Numbered from the stretch's first letter, positions 30,223 to 40,695 are shown. The stretch: 64,000 nt of DNA from Bacteroidia bacterium (GCA_044357345.1 JBIKPR010000001.1:30155-94154), one strand, 5' to 3'. Numbers and translations: made by a program. Notes: generated from the sequence alone by a model not told the origin.

Positions 30223-32442
30223 ATGAAAAAAATACTTTTATTCCCATTTTTATTTATCAGTATATTCTTGCTTGGGCAGTCTCAATATGAAAAAACATAT
30301 TTCACTCAGGCGTATAACGATACTTTCAAACAAGAATCGGTTGTCATTGTCAGAATGATGGACGAGAGCACCTATACCAATTATGGCATTGACGATTATA
30401 AGGTCAATGTTGTTTTCAGAGCACAATATTTGTTAAAAGACATTTCTGCTATCAATAATTTTAGCACTTTAGTTAAAAATAATGATCTAAAGCGCTACGA
30501 ATTAAAACAAATAAAACCCAACGGTAAAGTCAATATTATTTACGAATATTTCGACAAAAACTATCCAGATGACGGATACGATAAGCCGGAAAATCAAGAT
30601 GAAGACGATGAAAAGAAAAAAGAAGAAATTCCGCTTGAAGGTCTAGAAATTGGAGATATTATTGATTATAAATATGAATTTACATTTACCACCAAATCAA
30701 AAGACTTTAGAAAAATATCAATTAATAATGGAAAATACGACCACTCTATAATTGAGATTATAAACCACAACCGGAATAAATACCTGCTCTTCAAAAATAA
30801 ATTTGTAGAAGAAAGTTACCCAATTGCAAATAGTGTCACATTTATTAGTGTTCCCAGCGAGTTAAAGTTAATACAAAAGTCTTTTAACTGTGCTTATAAA
30901 TTCACTGAAAAAACCAACTCAGGGAAAACCACTTACGAATGCAATTACAATTTAGTAAAAGCATTCAAAAGCGAAGACTTTAGTTTTAATTACTTACACC
31001 ATCCAGTTGTAAAATATGCACTGATTCAAACAGATAATTCAAAAAAGCCAAATTTCAGTTACCAATTTGAAGATCCTAATGTTTCTGAGGATGATATCGT
31101 AGGTTTGGGACGAAAATTTTATCAAAACAAAAACTATATACCTAAATTTCTATATTATCTAAACACACAAAAATCTAGTGAAGCGTACACTGAAGTAAGT
31201 TTAAATAAATTTTTCTCATCTTTCTTAAAAACATTCACAAAAAATGATAAAGATAAATTTAGCAAACTAAATAAACTTCATGAATATCTTGTAAATGAAG
31301 ACGAGTTAAACCAAATGCCATACGGCGACATGGCTTATACGGTGGTAATGGCAAGATTCTGCGACAAACTAGGCATCAAATATAAAATGATGGCTTCTTT
31401 AAACCGATACGATGGCACATGGTCTGAAATCATCTCTCCATATGAAATTACTTGGGGTTTATATATTCCAAAAAAGGATAAAGATTTATACGTCAATTCA
31501 TACACCAAAGAAAGCAATATTTACCAAAGATTTGGCTCCTTTTCTGGAACCGATTTAATTGTATTTGACCCAAAGGACATTACAAAACCTTTAGAAAAAA
31601 TAAAGTATCCTATGGTGGATGCAGCTGAAAATTTGTATGTTCAAAATTCAGAAATAATTATTTCTGAGGACAAAGATTATGAGTATGCTTTTTTAAATAC
31701 ATACTCAATGAAAGGTGCTCAAAAAGATGCCATTAGTGATTACATAAAAAATCAATTTGATAACGAAAGATTAAGAACACCTTATAGTTTTTTTGGTTTG
31801 GTTAATTACAACGACCTCTACAACTTCAAAGAATTTAGTTCGAATGAAGAATGGTTCGAAGAAGCTTCAAGAATTGACTCATCATATAAACTTTATTTTA
31901 AAGACTATTACAAAGAAAGAATGCTTGCCTTTCTTTACAATGAATACCAATTTACCGACATTAGCATTGATAGCTTGCGCATATTTGAAGATGGAACTTA
32001 CCCAGATGATGAATCAAAAGACTATGGGTTTAAAGTAGTATTTAAAAGCAAAGGACTAATTGAAAAGGGAAATAATGAATCAATTATTGCGCTGAATTTG
32101 GGCAAATTAATGACCGAACAATACCAACTGTCAGACTACAAAGTTCAAGAGCGTATTTCTGATGTTTACAGCAGCAATATAAAAGAAATCCATTGGAACA
32201 ATAGCATTGAAATACCTGATGGATTTGAATGTATTAATTTGAGCGATTTTAACATCCAATTTGAAAATGCTGCAGGCATCTTTATTTCAACCGCAGTTAT
32301 TGAAGACGGTAAAATAGTTTTCAAAATCGAAAAAACATATAAAGCGCATTACCTTCCTAAAGACAGTTGGATGGACATGGTTAATTTTTTACATACAGCA
32401 GAAAAAGTTTTTATGAAAAAATTGCTTCTGAAGAAAAAATAA
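30223..32442 (+). CDS. hypothetical secreted protein (DUF3857-like partner of transglutaminase-like lipoprotein)
   Basis: Signal peptide. 739 aa, Tyr/Lys/Asn-rich and acidic. Its size and position next to the transglutaminase-like gene resemble the common Bacteroidota pair. Confidence 0.4.
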   Translation: MKKILLFPFLFISIFLLGQSQYEKTYFTQAYNDTFKQESVVIVRMMDESTYTNYGIDDYKVNVVFRAQYLLKDISAINNFSTLVKNNDLKRYELKQIKPNGKVNIIYEYFDKNYPDDGYDKPENQDEDDEKKKEEIPLEGLEIGDIIDYKYEFTFTTKSKDFRKISINNGKYDHSIIEIINHNRNKYLLFKNKFVEESYPIANSVTFISVPSELKLIQKSFNCAYKFTEKTNSGKTTYECNYNLVKAFKSEDFSFNYLHHPVVKYALIQTDNSKKPNFSYQFEDPNVSEDDIVGLGRKFYQNKNYIPKFLYYLNTQKSSEAYTEVSLNKFFSSFLKTFTKNDKDKFSKLNKLHEYLVNEDELNQMPYGDMAYTVVMARFCDKLGIKYKMMASLNRYDGTWSEIISPYEITWGLYIPKKDKDLYVNSYTKESNIYQRFGSFSGTDLIVFDPKDITKPLEKIKYPMVDAAENLYVQNSEIIISEDKDYEYAFLNTYSMKGAQKDAISDYIKNQFDNERLRTPYSFFGLVNYNDLYNFKEFSSNEEWFEEASRIDSSYKLYFKDYYKERMLAFLYNEYQFTDISIDSLRIFEDGTYPDDESKDYGFKVVFKSKGLIEKGNNESIIALNLGKLMTEQYQLSDYKVQERISDVYSSNIKEIHWNNSIEIPDGFECINLSDFNIQFENAAGIFISTAVIEDGKIVFKIEKTYKAHYLPKDSWMDMVNFLHTAEKVFMKKLLLKKK

Positions 32443-32461
32443 TTCATTACAATATTATTGC

Positions 32462-33130
32462 ATGTATCTGCGTTTGAAAAATATGAACTTCTTTAAAGTT
32501 ATATTGAGTCTTGCCCTTCTTGGATTGCTCACTTATTCGTTTAAGGGTTCAACTGGTCCTAAACCAAAAGTATATAAAGACACCGTTTACCGTTTCGCTA
32601 AAAAAGCAAAAGTAAACAATTCTATAACTGCAGGCCCTAAACCAAGCACACCTATAGCAGTTAAAAAGAAAATTGAACTTGCTGAAGAAGACAGAGTAAT
32701 TTCAATTACTTCTACTGTTGTCAGAATTAAGGTTAAGAAATCTGCTCAAAAACTATATGCATATTTTGCAGATACCTTTAAAGTATTTAGAATTTCTTTG
32801 GGAGCCAATCCTATTGGACATAAAATAAAAGAAGGCGACAACAGAACACCTGAAGGGACTTATCATATTTCGTATAAAAACCCTAATAGCAGAGGGTATA
32901 AATCATTGAAAATATCATACCCAAATGAGCAAGACAAGCAAAATGCTAAAGCATTAAATGTTAGTCCAGGTGGAGATATTTTTATACATGGATTGTGGTG
33001 GGCAGAGCAAGACCCCAAAAACCATTGGAAAGACAATTGGACCCGCGGATGTATTGCGTTAAACAATCAAGAAATTGAAGAAATTTTTAGCCATACAGAA
33101 TGCAATACTGAAATCACAATCTTACCTTAG
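32462..33130 (+). CDS. L,D-transpeptidase (YkuD-family)
   Basis: Catalytic HxxxxxxxxxSxGC(I/V) region: IFIHGLW ... TRGCIAL. Signal-anchor N-terminus. An alternative ATG is at 32483. Confidence 0.75.
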   Translation: MYLRLKNMNFFKVILSLALLGLLTYSFKGSTGPKPKVYKDTVYRFAKKAKVNNSITAGPKPSTPIAVKKKIELAEEDRVISITSTVVRIKVKKSAQKLYAYFADTFKVFRISLGANPIGHKIKEGDNRTPEGTYHISYKNPNSRGYKSLKISYPNEQDKQNAKALNVSPGGDIFIHGLWWAEQDPKNHWKDNWTRGCIALNNQEIEEIFSHTECNTEITILP

Positions 33131-33131
33131 T

Positions 33132-33551
33132 TTACATCATTTCGCACTGCGATTCAATGTAAGCTTTTAACTCTGGAATCTCGGCTTCATTCTCCAGATA
33201 TGAAGTTTGCATACTAATGATCTCACCCGTTTCTTTTAACTTAAAGTTGATTTCATACAATTGATAATTTACTTTATCGACTTGCTCCCATTTTAGAATT
33301 CTAGGTCTTTGAATAACGGTAAAAGAATATCTTACCCCCACTTCATCCAAAATCAAAAAGCATTCTTGCTTAAAGAAACCCAATCTAAACTTTCTGAACA
33401 ACAAATAAATAATTGACATAATTGGAAAAACCAAAAAGCTATACCATATTATTGTAGGAAAAGTCACCAAACTTACAACAATACTAAAGATTGAAAAAGC
33501 TGCTATCATTGGTGCTTCAGACTTGTTCCTATTTAACTTAAATAAACGCAT
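33132..33551 (-). CDS. hypothetical small membrane protein
   Basis: Two N-terminal TM helices followed by a soluble about 80-aa region. No motif recognised. Confidence 0.4.
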   Translation of the reverse strand: MRLFKLNRNKSEAPMIAAFSIFSIVVSLVTFPTIIWYSFLVFPIMSIIYLLFRKFRLGFFKQECFLILDEVGVRYSFTVIQRPRILKWEQVDKVNYQLYEINFKLKETGEIISMQTSYLENEAEIPELKAYIESQCEMM

Positions 33552-33571
33552 GAGGCCGCAAAATTAAACTT

Positions 33572-34408
33572 TTATTTACTAATCCTTGCAAAACGTTTTT
33601 TGCCACTTAAATCGACTCTAAATTGACAATTCAAGCCTTTATCCAAGCACCATGAACCTAATTCTTCTGCAGTCAAAGGATTTAACTCAAAATAAATATT
33701 TGGCATATCTTTCTCAAGAAACAATTCAATAACAATTTTATAAAACAACAAAGCGTCAGAATCGTAAACAAACAATGCTAAATGTGGTTCAAAATCTAAA
33801 ACATTGGCATGCATTATATCCTTTTCTTCAATTTTAATGTATGGTGGGTTACAAACAATCACATCAGGGTACTCTAATATATAGTCTTGCTTTAACAAAT
33901 CATGTAAAGCCCATTCGATACTAGTTGAATTAAAATTAATAAGCTCACTCTTCTTAGCCAATTCTAGAGCCTTTTCAGAAATATCCGTAGCAATTACTTT
34001 TGAATTTGGAAAATGCTTTCTTAAAGCCAAAGCCAAACAACCACTGCCAGTGCAAAAATCAGCAATAACGCTAATGCTACCGTTTTCCTCCTCAACCACC
34101 CAATTTAACAACTCCTCAGTTTCAGGTCTTGGAATTAATACATCAGAACTAACTGCTATTTTCAAACCTGAAAAGAATTCATATCCCAAAATATGCTGTA
34201 TTGGTTCATGCTGTGTCAAACGGTTTAATATGGCTTGCAGCTCTTCCAGCTGCTCAAAGTGTTCATCGCCATTTATTAAAACATCTTTACTTGTTTTAGA
34301 AAATTGATACTCAAATAGCAATTTTAACACTGCTGTTGCTTCAGATTGATCATAAACACGAGAGAGTGTTTCTTTTGAATTTTGATAGGCTTCCCTCAAT
34401 GTTATCAT
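33572..34408 (-). CDS. prmC: release factor glutamine N5-methyltransferase
   Basis: NPPY motif (IVCNPPYI) and SAM-binding DFCTGSGCLA. Start was moved to ATG 34408 (MITLREAY). Confidence 0.85.
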   Translation of the reverse strand: MITLREAYQNSKETLSRVYDQSEATAVLKLLFEYQFSKTSKDVLINGDEHFEQLEELQAILNRLTQHEPIQHILGYEFFSGLKIAVSSDVLIPRPETEELLNWVVEEENGSISVIADFCTGSGCLALALRKHFPNSKVIATDISEKALELAKKSELINFNSTSIEWALHDLLKQDYILEYPDVIVCNPPYIKIEEKDIMHANVLDFEPHLALFVYDSDALLFYKIVIELFLEKDMPNIYFELNPLTAEELGSWCLDKGLNCQFRVDLSGKKRFARISK

Positions 34409-34479
34409 GTATGCAAAGTTTTGAGTAATTTCGCAGAATAACAAATCAAGACGAAAAATATATTTCTAAATGCCTTGCC

Positions 34480-35457
34480 TTGGCTGAAAAGGGATTTGGA
34501 CATGTCTCCCCAAATCCAATGGTAGGTTGCCTCATCGTGCAGAATGGAGAAATTATTGGTTCAGGTTATCATAAAGAGTATGGTGGACCTCACGCAGAAG
34601 TTAATGCCATAAATGAGGTCAAAGACCCTAGTTTATTGCACGGTTCAACCGCATACGTTTCACTTGAACCTTGTTCACATTTTGGCAAAACACCTCCATG
34701 TGCTGACTTATTAATTAAGGTTGGCATTAAAAAAGTAGTCATTGGCAGTTCAGATCCAAATCCGCTTGTTGCTGGACAAGGAATGGAAAAATTAAAACAA
34801 GCTGGAATTGAAGTAAAATATTCTGTACTTGAGAATGAATGTAAAAAACTCAACAAACGTTTCTTTACTTTTATCAATAAAAAAAGACCCTATATTATTC
34901 TGAAATGGGCCGAATCTGCTGATGGATTTATAGGGTCAAAAGACACCAAACAAATTAGTGGACTTGCAGCACAAAAACGACTGCATAAATGGAGAAGCGA
35001 AGAGGATGCTTTTTTGCTTGGAACAAACACCTTGCTTCAAGATAACCCACAATTGAACACTAGGTTTTGGAAAGGGAAAAACCCTATCAGAATTGCTTTA
35101 GATTTTGAACTAAAATCCGAAAACAAACATTTAAAATTCTACGACCAAAGCCAAAGGAGCATCATACTCAATGGTGTTAAAAATGAAGCCTGCAATGGAA
35201 TTGAATTTATTAAAATACCAGATCGAAAGATTGAAACGATTATAGAAGCACTATACCAGTGTAAAATATCCAGTGTGGTTATTGAAGGTGGTTCACAATT
35301 ATTAAACAGCTTTATCGATTCAAACTTGTACGATGAAATCAGAATTTTGAAATCAAAAAAAATATTTTTAAAAGACGGAATAGCAGCACCCAAAATCGAC
35401 TTTGTTTCCTCCAGTTCTGAAGACTTATTAGATGATTATTTAAATATTTACGAATGA
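34480..35457 (+). CDS. ribD: bifunctional riboflavin biosynthesis deaminase/reductase
   Basis: HAEVNAI ... PCSHFGKTPPCADLL zinc-deaminase motifs and a C-terminal RibD reductase domain. The start is uncertain: the conserved N-terminal helix lies upstream of the first canonical start codon (see findings). Confidence 0.85.
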   Translation: MAEKGFGHVSPNPMVGCLIVQNGEIIGSGYHKEYGGPHAEVNAINEVKDPSLLHGSTAYVSLEPCSHFGKTPPCADLLIKVGIKKVVIGSSDPNPLVAGQGMEKLKQAGIEVKYSVLENECKKLNKRFFTFINKKRPYIILKWAESADGFIGSKDTKQISGLAAQKRLHKWRSEEDAFLLGTNTLLQDNPQLNTRFWKGKNPIRIALDFELKSENKHLKFYDQSQRSIILNGVKNEACNGIEFIKIPDRKIETIIEALYQCKISSVVIEGGSQLLNSFIDSNLYDEIRILKSKKIFLKDGIAAPKIDFVSSSSEDLLDDYLNIYE

Positions 35458-36299
35458 TTTACCTGATACTTTCTGTTGCTTTATCCGCAAGTCTATTCTT
35501 GTTTTTTAAATGGTTTGACCTTAAGAAAATCGCTACACTTCCTGCCATTGCAGGGAACTATATTGCCTGTATAATTACTGGTATAATAATGAACAGGGGT
35601 GTTAATTTCGAACAGCTAAACACCAATATTATTTTATCTAGTTTAGTGCTAGGCATTCTATTTTTTGCAATATTTTATGCCATGGCCTATTCCTCTGCAA
35701 AAATAGGCGTTGGCATTAGCAGTGCAGCGTCCAAACTATCTTTAATGATTCCTGTTACTTTTGGAGCAATTGTGCTACATGAAACTTTTGGAATATTGAG
35801 AATAATCGCCTTATTTTTATCTATTCCAGCTGTTGTATTAATGACCTATAACAAAGGCGAAAAATGGTCATTAAAAGCCTTACTTATCCCTTTAATTATA
35901 TTTGTTGGGTCAGGTATTATAGACACATCTCTTAACATCTTACAAAAGAATTTAAATGGCTCATCACCCTCTAGTGTTATTATCCTTATATTCTCAATGG
36001 CTTTGGCAAGCTCTATTGTATTTTCAATGGTCACCAAAACAAATCTTAGCAGAGAATACAAAAGTCTTTCACATGGGATAATCCTAGGGATTCCAAATTA
36101 TTTTTCAGTCCATTTTATGATGCTGGCTCTAGGTTCAGGTTTATTAAGTTCTGGTCAATTTTATTTGGTAAACAATTCTTTGGTCATGTTATTATCGTTC
36201 TTTTTGGCATGGGTGTTTTTTTCCGAAAAAATCAACCTATATAAAATGTTAGGAATAGTCATTTCGATAATATCCATTTATTTAATTCTATTTGCTTAA
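35454..36299 (+). CDS. EamA/DMT-like 10-TM membrane protein
   Basis: 281 aa and entirely hydrophobic with a two-fold repeat pattern typical of DMT transporters. Overlaps ribD stop (ATGA). Confidence 0.45.
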   Translation: MIYLILSVALSASLFLFFKWFDLKKIATLPAIAGNYIACIITGIIMNRGVNFEQLNTNIILSSLVLGILFFAIFYAMAYSSAKIGVGISSAASKLSLMIPVTFGAIVLHETFGILRIIALFLSIPAVVLMTYNKGEKWSLKALLIPLIIFVGSGIIDTSLNILQKNLNGSSPSSVIILIFSMALASSIVFSMVTKTNLSREYKSLSHGIILGIPNYFSVHFMMLALGSGLLSSGQFYLVNNSLVMLLSFFLAWVFFSEKINLYKMLGIVISIISIYLILFA

Positions 36300-36913
36300 T
36301 GTTGTTTTCAAGCACCTATAAAATGATTGATTCTTCTTGCGAATGCTTACACAAAGCAAAGGGAAGTAAATTTTTTGCATACGCTTGGCCAATAAAAACT
36401 GAGGCAGAAATAAAGTATCATTTGAATGAGATAAAAGATAAATACCCCGATGCAACCCACCATTGCTTTGCTTGGATACTTGGATACGACAAACAAAACT
36501 TTAGAACCAACGATGATGGTGAGCCTTCTAACACAGCAGGGAAGCCAATTTTGAGGCAAATTCAAAGACTTGATTTATGCAATACATTGGTCATTGTTGT
36601 GCGATATTTTGGTGGAGCCATGCTCGGAGTTCCAGGTCTCATAGAGGCATATGGAACCGCAGCTGAAGAATGTCTTGCGCTTGCTAAAATTACAGAATAT
36701 CCAATACTAGAGAAATATATAGTTTCCTGCCCATTTGGAATCGAGAATGAAGTATTTAAATCGTGTAAACAATTCCAAGCCTCATTAACCGTTCTAGCTG
36801 AAGAATCATGTTTTTCTGCTGAAATTAAAATACCTTTGCATAAAGCGGGTGAATTTAAAAACCATTTGGCACTCAACTATCAAATAAACATTGAATATAA
36901 AGGTATAGAATGA
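36299..36913 (+). CDS. yigZ: IMPACT-family protein YigZ
   Basis: KGSKFFAYAWPIKTEAEIKYHLNEIKDKYPDATHHCFAWILG matches the UPF0029/IMPACT N-domain. Confidence 0.8.
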   Translation: MLFSSTYKMIDSSCECLHKAKGSKFFAYAWPIKTEAEIKYHLNEIKDKYPDATHHCFAWILGYDKQNFRTNDDGEPSNTAGKPILRQIQRLDLCNTLVIVVRYFGGAMLGVPGLIEAYGTAAEECLALAKITEYPILEKYIVSCPFGIENEVFKSCKQFQASLTVLAEESCFSAEIKIPLHKAGEFKNHLALNYQINIEYKGIE

Positions 36914-39318
36914 TTAAAAAACTAAGTGTTGTATTATTTCTAATTTGCAAAAGCATCTTGTCCTTTGCGCAAAGCAATGACTACTTTAATTTAAAAGACG
37001 TTAAAACATACCGCTTCGACCACCTTGAACTAAACACGCCGAAGGCAATAGATCAATTTATTCAAAGTCCTAGTGATTATAATTTCATTGAAGCTCTAAA
37101 AATTAACCAAACCGATCGATTAAATGAGATAATTACCAAAACAGGTGTTGGAGAAATTGTAAAGGAACTCAATTTAATTGATTACCACGGTGACTTCAAT
37201 ACCAATACTTTTGATTCTTGCTCAGGAATTGAAATCCTTCACATTAGTATTAATGAAGATAAACTTGATGCCTTAAAATTTATCAGCAAGATTAAAAACC
37301 TTGAAACACTGTATATTTATATTCTTGGCAAGCCTGAAAATTTAAGTGCCTTAGAGAATCTCCCAATATTAAAAGAACTGCATATTATTGGTGATTTTCT
37401 GCCAAAAGATTTGGCGCAAATTCCAGGTTTTATTCAAAAACAAACCTATATGCAAACATTAGGATTAAGCATTGATAGGATTACAGATTTACCAGCAAAT
37501 ATCATTCGATTTAAAACCCTCAGTCGACTAAATTTATATGATAACCTTTCAGTGTTTACGAACAAAGGGATAGAGGATTTATCAGAAGAAAAACTAAGCA
37601 TTCTTTTTAACATCAATTCCGACAACATCAATGCAATTTCAATTTCATATTTTTCTAACAATGGAAAGCTCATTGATTTTGAAATTGAATATCTGCAAAA
37701 TTTATACAAAGGTGAAATCGTTCCTCAGCAATTTTATGAAAATGAAAACGACAAACAAGAAACAGGAAATATCCCATTTACTAAAGAATTTGTTCCCGAT
37801 TTTGGGAACAGCCCTGAATTCAGCAAACCTTATCCTAAAATTTCACCAAACACAGAATACTTTACCATTAATCCTTCCACCAACAGCATACTCTTTTCTA
37901 ACTCTGGCCTAAAACTAAGTATAGCCGCTAATAGTTTTGTCAATGAAAAAGGAGAGGATATTACTGTCCCTATTTATTTAAAATTAATTCAAATTAACAG
38001 TCCAAGTGACATCCTATTTGCCGGCTTAAATTTTAAAAATGGAGACCGTCAATTTTGCAACCAATTTTTATTCAACATTCAAGCAACTTGCGAAAAAAGC
38101 GCTGCCAAATTGAAAGACGGATTTCAAATTAAAGCGAATCTCCCTGTAAACAGTGACAGTGCACTAACTTATTTTTTCGACTATGAATCAAATACTTGGC
38201 AGGACCTCAATTTTTACAACCAAATATTTGCAGCAAACTTCACCGCCATTGATTTTTACAAAATCGAAAATGGAAACCAATGTAATTCCTATTACCAGTT
38301 TGATACCAGTTCATTTAAACAACGCTTTTTCGGTAAACACAATATTGTTTTAAGTGATAAAGAAAACAACAGCCAATTGGTTTTTAAAAGCCAAACATTC
38401 TATACCGATTTAGATAGAACTTGGAACAAAGACTTTAACAGCAATGGTAATCTTAAAGGCCTCAAAATCAAAAAGGGAAAGTCCTATATTAAAATCCAAA
38501 AAGTAATTCCAAAAGTTAGAAATAAAGAGCGTCAATACTTTAAAGTATTAGATAAAACCGAGCAGGAAATATTTGCTGAATTAAAAGCATTCAAAGCCAT
38601 TAATTTTAATACCATTGTTAATGCTGATAACAAGAAGGAGTTTAACGAAACTTATATTAAAAACACCAAATATTTTGATGTTCAGATCCATTACACCAAG
38701 GGCAAAGAATACTGTGAAATCAACATTAAAACAATTGATGGATTTAAACGTCTGCAAGCATTTATAACAGATACCGACAATAAAAAAATTCTTAAAAAGC
38801 AAATCAGCAAATTCGCAAAAGCTTATAAAAATTATTTACATATTCGCGCCAAAAGAGAATTGGAATTTAATGCCTTAAATAAAGCAAGATTTGCAGAATT
38901 CAAAGCCTTCAGCAACGAGAGAATAAAAGAGCTTCAAAAGGACAATAAAATATCAGAAATTAAAATCCACCAGCTTGGCACCTTTGGATTTCTATTTGAT
39001 AAATCCCCTATATTTTCAACTAACATTATTGCCCAATACACCGATGAAACTGGTTTACCTATAGATGTTAAAAATCTATTTTTAATTGACAGCCGTTACA
39101 ATTCAGTGTTTAAATTACAAGTTGGGAACATCTCCTTTGATCCTAGCAACGTTTCTTGCATCGTAGCTACAGATTATTCAGGAAATTTATATTACGCCAA
39201 TAAAAGCGATATTTCAGCCTCAAATTTGAGCAACAATTCGCTTATTTACATCAAACTAAAAAAGTTAAGTCCCAATTTAAGCAATATTAATTTATTCAAT
39301 TTATTGCTTAAAAACTAG
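36910..39318 (+). CDS. hypothetical secreted protein with leucine-rich-repeat-like N-terminal region
   Basis: Signal peptide. Residues about 90-230 show LxxLxLxxN-type repeats (LETLYIYILGKPENLSALENLPILKELHII ... LSRLNLYDN). The remaining about 550 aa are uncharacterised. Confidence 0.45.
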   Translation: MIKKLSVVLFLICKSILSFAQSNDYFNLKDVKTYRFDHLELNTPKAIDQFIQSPSDYNFIEALKINQTDRLNEIITKTGVGEIVKELNLIDYHGDFNTNTFDSCSGIEILHISINEDKLDALKFISKIKNLETLYIYILGKPENLSALENLPILKELHIIGDFLPKDLAQIPGFIQKQTYMQTLGLSIDRITDLPANIIRFKTLSRLNLYDNLSVFTNKGIEDLSEEKLSILFNINSDNINAISISYFSNNGKLIDFEIEYLQNLYKGEIVPQQFYENENDKQETGNIPFTKEFVPDFGNSPEFSKPYPKISPNTEYFTINPSTNSILFSNSGLKLSIAANSFVNEKGEDITVPIYLKLIQINSPSDILFAGLNFKNGDRQFCNQFLFNIQATCEKSAAKLKDGFQIKANLPVNSDSALTYFFDYESNTWQDLNFYNQIFAANFTAIDFYKIENGNQCNSYYQFDTSSFKQRFFGKHNIVLSDKENNSQLVFKSQTFYTDLDRTWNKDFNSNGNLKGLKIKKGKSYIKIQKVIPKVRNKERQYFKVLDKTEQEIFAELKAFKAINFNTIVNADNKKEFNETYIKNTKYFDVQIHYTKGKEYCEINIKTIDGFKRLQAFITDTDNKKILKKQISKFAKAYKNYLHIRAKRELEFNALNKARFAEFKAFSNERIKELQKDNKISEIKIHQLGTFGFLFDKSPIFSTNIIAQYTDETGLPIDVKNLFLIDSRYNSVFKLQVGNISFDPSNVSCIVATDYSGNLYYANKSDISASNLSNNSLIYIKLKKLSPNLSNINLFNLLLKN

Positions 39319-39319
39319 T

Positions 39320-40627
39320 TTAGCTAAAGCTTAATGTAATCTTGAGGCTATTGGAAAAAACACCATGGTACTCAATTTTTACATAATATGAACCAGGATT
39401 TAAATGTTCAGGTATAACTAAAACTTGCCCACTTACACTTTCTAATTTCTGACTGTATAATACCTTACCACTCATGTCCGTAATATGGAGTATTGGCATA
39501 GGTAAATTCAAATTATCACCGCTCACATTGTAGTACAATGAAAATTGATTTTTTGCTGGGTTAGGAAAAGGCACACCTATTTCGATTTTGCACATATCCG
39601 CTCCAGCTTGATTGAGCAACTCAACAGTTTTCAGACTCTTCTTATCAGGCTTCGGATTCATTACAAACAGAGGTGTAGGATTCTGTTTTTGATCGCTGTT
39701 ATCCTTAATAACTAAATAATTTAAATCAAACTTTTTAAGGGTATCCATTTTACCTAAATTGTAAAAATAAATATCATTTTTATCCCATTGTTCATCATTT
39801 AAAACCAATACCAATTGATTGGCCTTTTCAGCCATTCTGCACTGGGTTATTTTTAAATGCGCTTCAAATTTTTTAACACTATAAACATCTGGCCCAAAGT
39901 CCTCTTTAATACTTGAACGTCTCATACAAAACAAAACATTCTTCACATCATCACAAGTAAAATAATACCTCAATCCATCAGAAGACAAAAACCCCATTTC
40001 TTCACTAAAAGTTGACAGAACAGATTGATAGGTATAAGAATTCTCTGCAGTTTTAATATAGTATACAAATTTACCCATTCCGCTTACTGGATCAGAAACT
40101 ACTGCATAAAGCTTATTAAAATCATCTATAAAACTAAGAGAGGAAAATGGAGAAAATGCATTATCATCATTGGGAATACTAGGATTATAAAATTTCAATT
40201 GAACAGGTTGAGAGAATTGAGTGCTAGAGCCGTTTATCCTTTTACAATGAAAAACTTCAGAGCTGTTGTTGGTAAAATACAATTCCGTTAAATCTCGACT
40301 AAAAAATGACGACAAAATTGAGCCTGTGTAATTTGCAACTTGAATCGGAACAGGCACTGACCATACTTGGCTTAAACTGTCTTTATTGGTATAAAACAAC
40401 CAATGGTATGAATGGTCTGCAGTAAAATACAAATCTCTGCCATCATCACTTAAAAACGGATAAGCTTCAGCCTTACAATGTGAATTGTATGCAAACTGAA
40501 GCAATTCTCTTGTATTGTACTCCTTATTCTCACAGTTAATGTCATCGTTAGCATCCAATTTATTGGATACCTGAGCATCAACCGTAAATAAGGAAATGAA
40601 GAAACTTAGTAATAGTATATTTTTCAT
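39320..40627 (-). CDS. T9SS C-terminal-domain protein with TolB-like (PD40) beta-propeller repeats
   Basis: Signal peptide. Recurring SDDGRDLYFT / SRDLTELYFT / SSDGLRYYFT blades. The C-terminal about 80 aa (PFPNPAKNQFSLYYNV ... YYVKIEYHGVFSNSLKITLSFS) fit the type-A T9SS sorting domain. Confidence 0.65.
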   Translation of the reverse strand: MKNILLLSFFISLFTVDAQVSNKLDANDDINCENKEYNTRELLQFAYNSHCKAEAYPFLSDDGRDLYFTADHSYHWLFYTNKDSLSQVWSVPVPIQVANYTGSILSSFFSRDLTELYFTNNSSEVFHCKRINGSSTQFSQPVQLKFYNPSIPNDDNAFSPFSSLSFIDDFNKLYAVVSDPVSGMGKFVYYIKTAENSYTYQSVLSTFSEEMGFLSSDGLRYYFTCDDVKNVLFCMRRSSIKEDFGPDVYSVKKFEAHLKITQCRMAEKANQLVLVLNDEQWDKNDIYFYNLGKMDTLKKFDLNYLVIKDNSDQKQNPTPLFVMNPKPDKKSLKTVELLNQAGADMCKIEIGVPFPNPAKNQFSLYYNVSGDNLNLPMPILHITDMSGKVLYSQKLESVSGQVLVIPEHLNPGSYYVKIEYHGVFSNSLKITLSFS

Positions 40628-40695
40628 AGGCTACTACAAAATAACGCAATTAAATTAAAGGTAGTATATAAAAAATAAATTGGTCTTGAAGGCTA

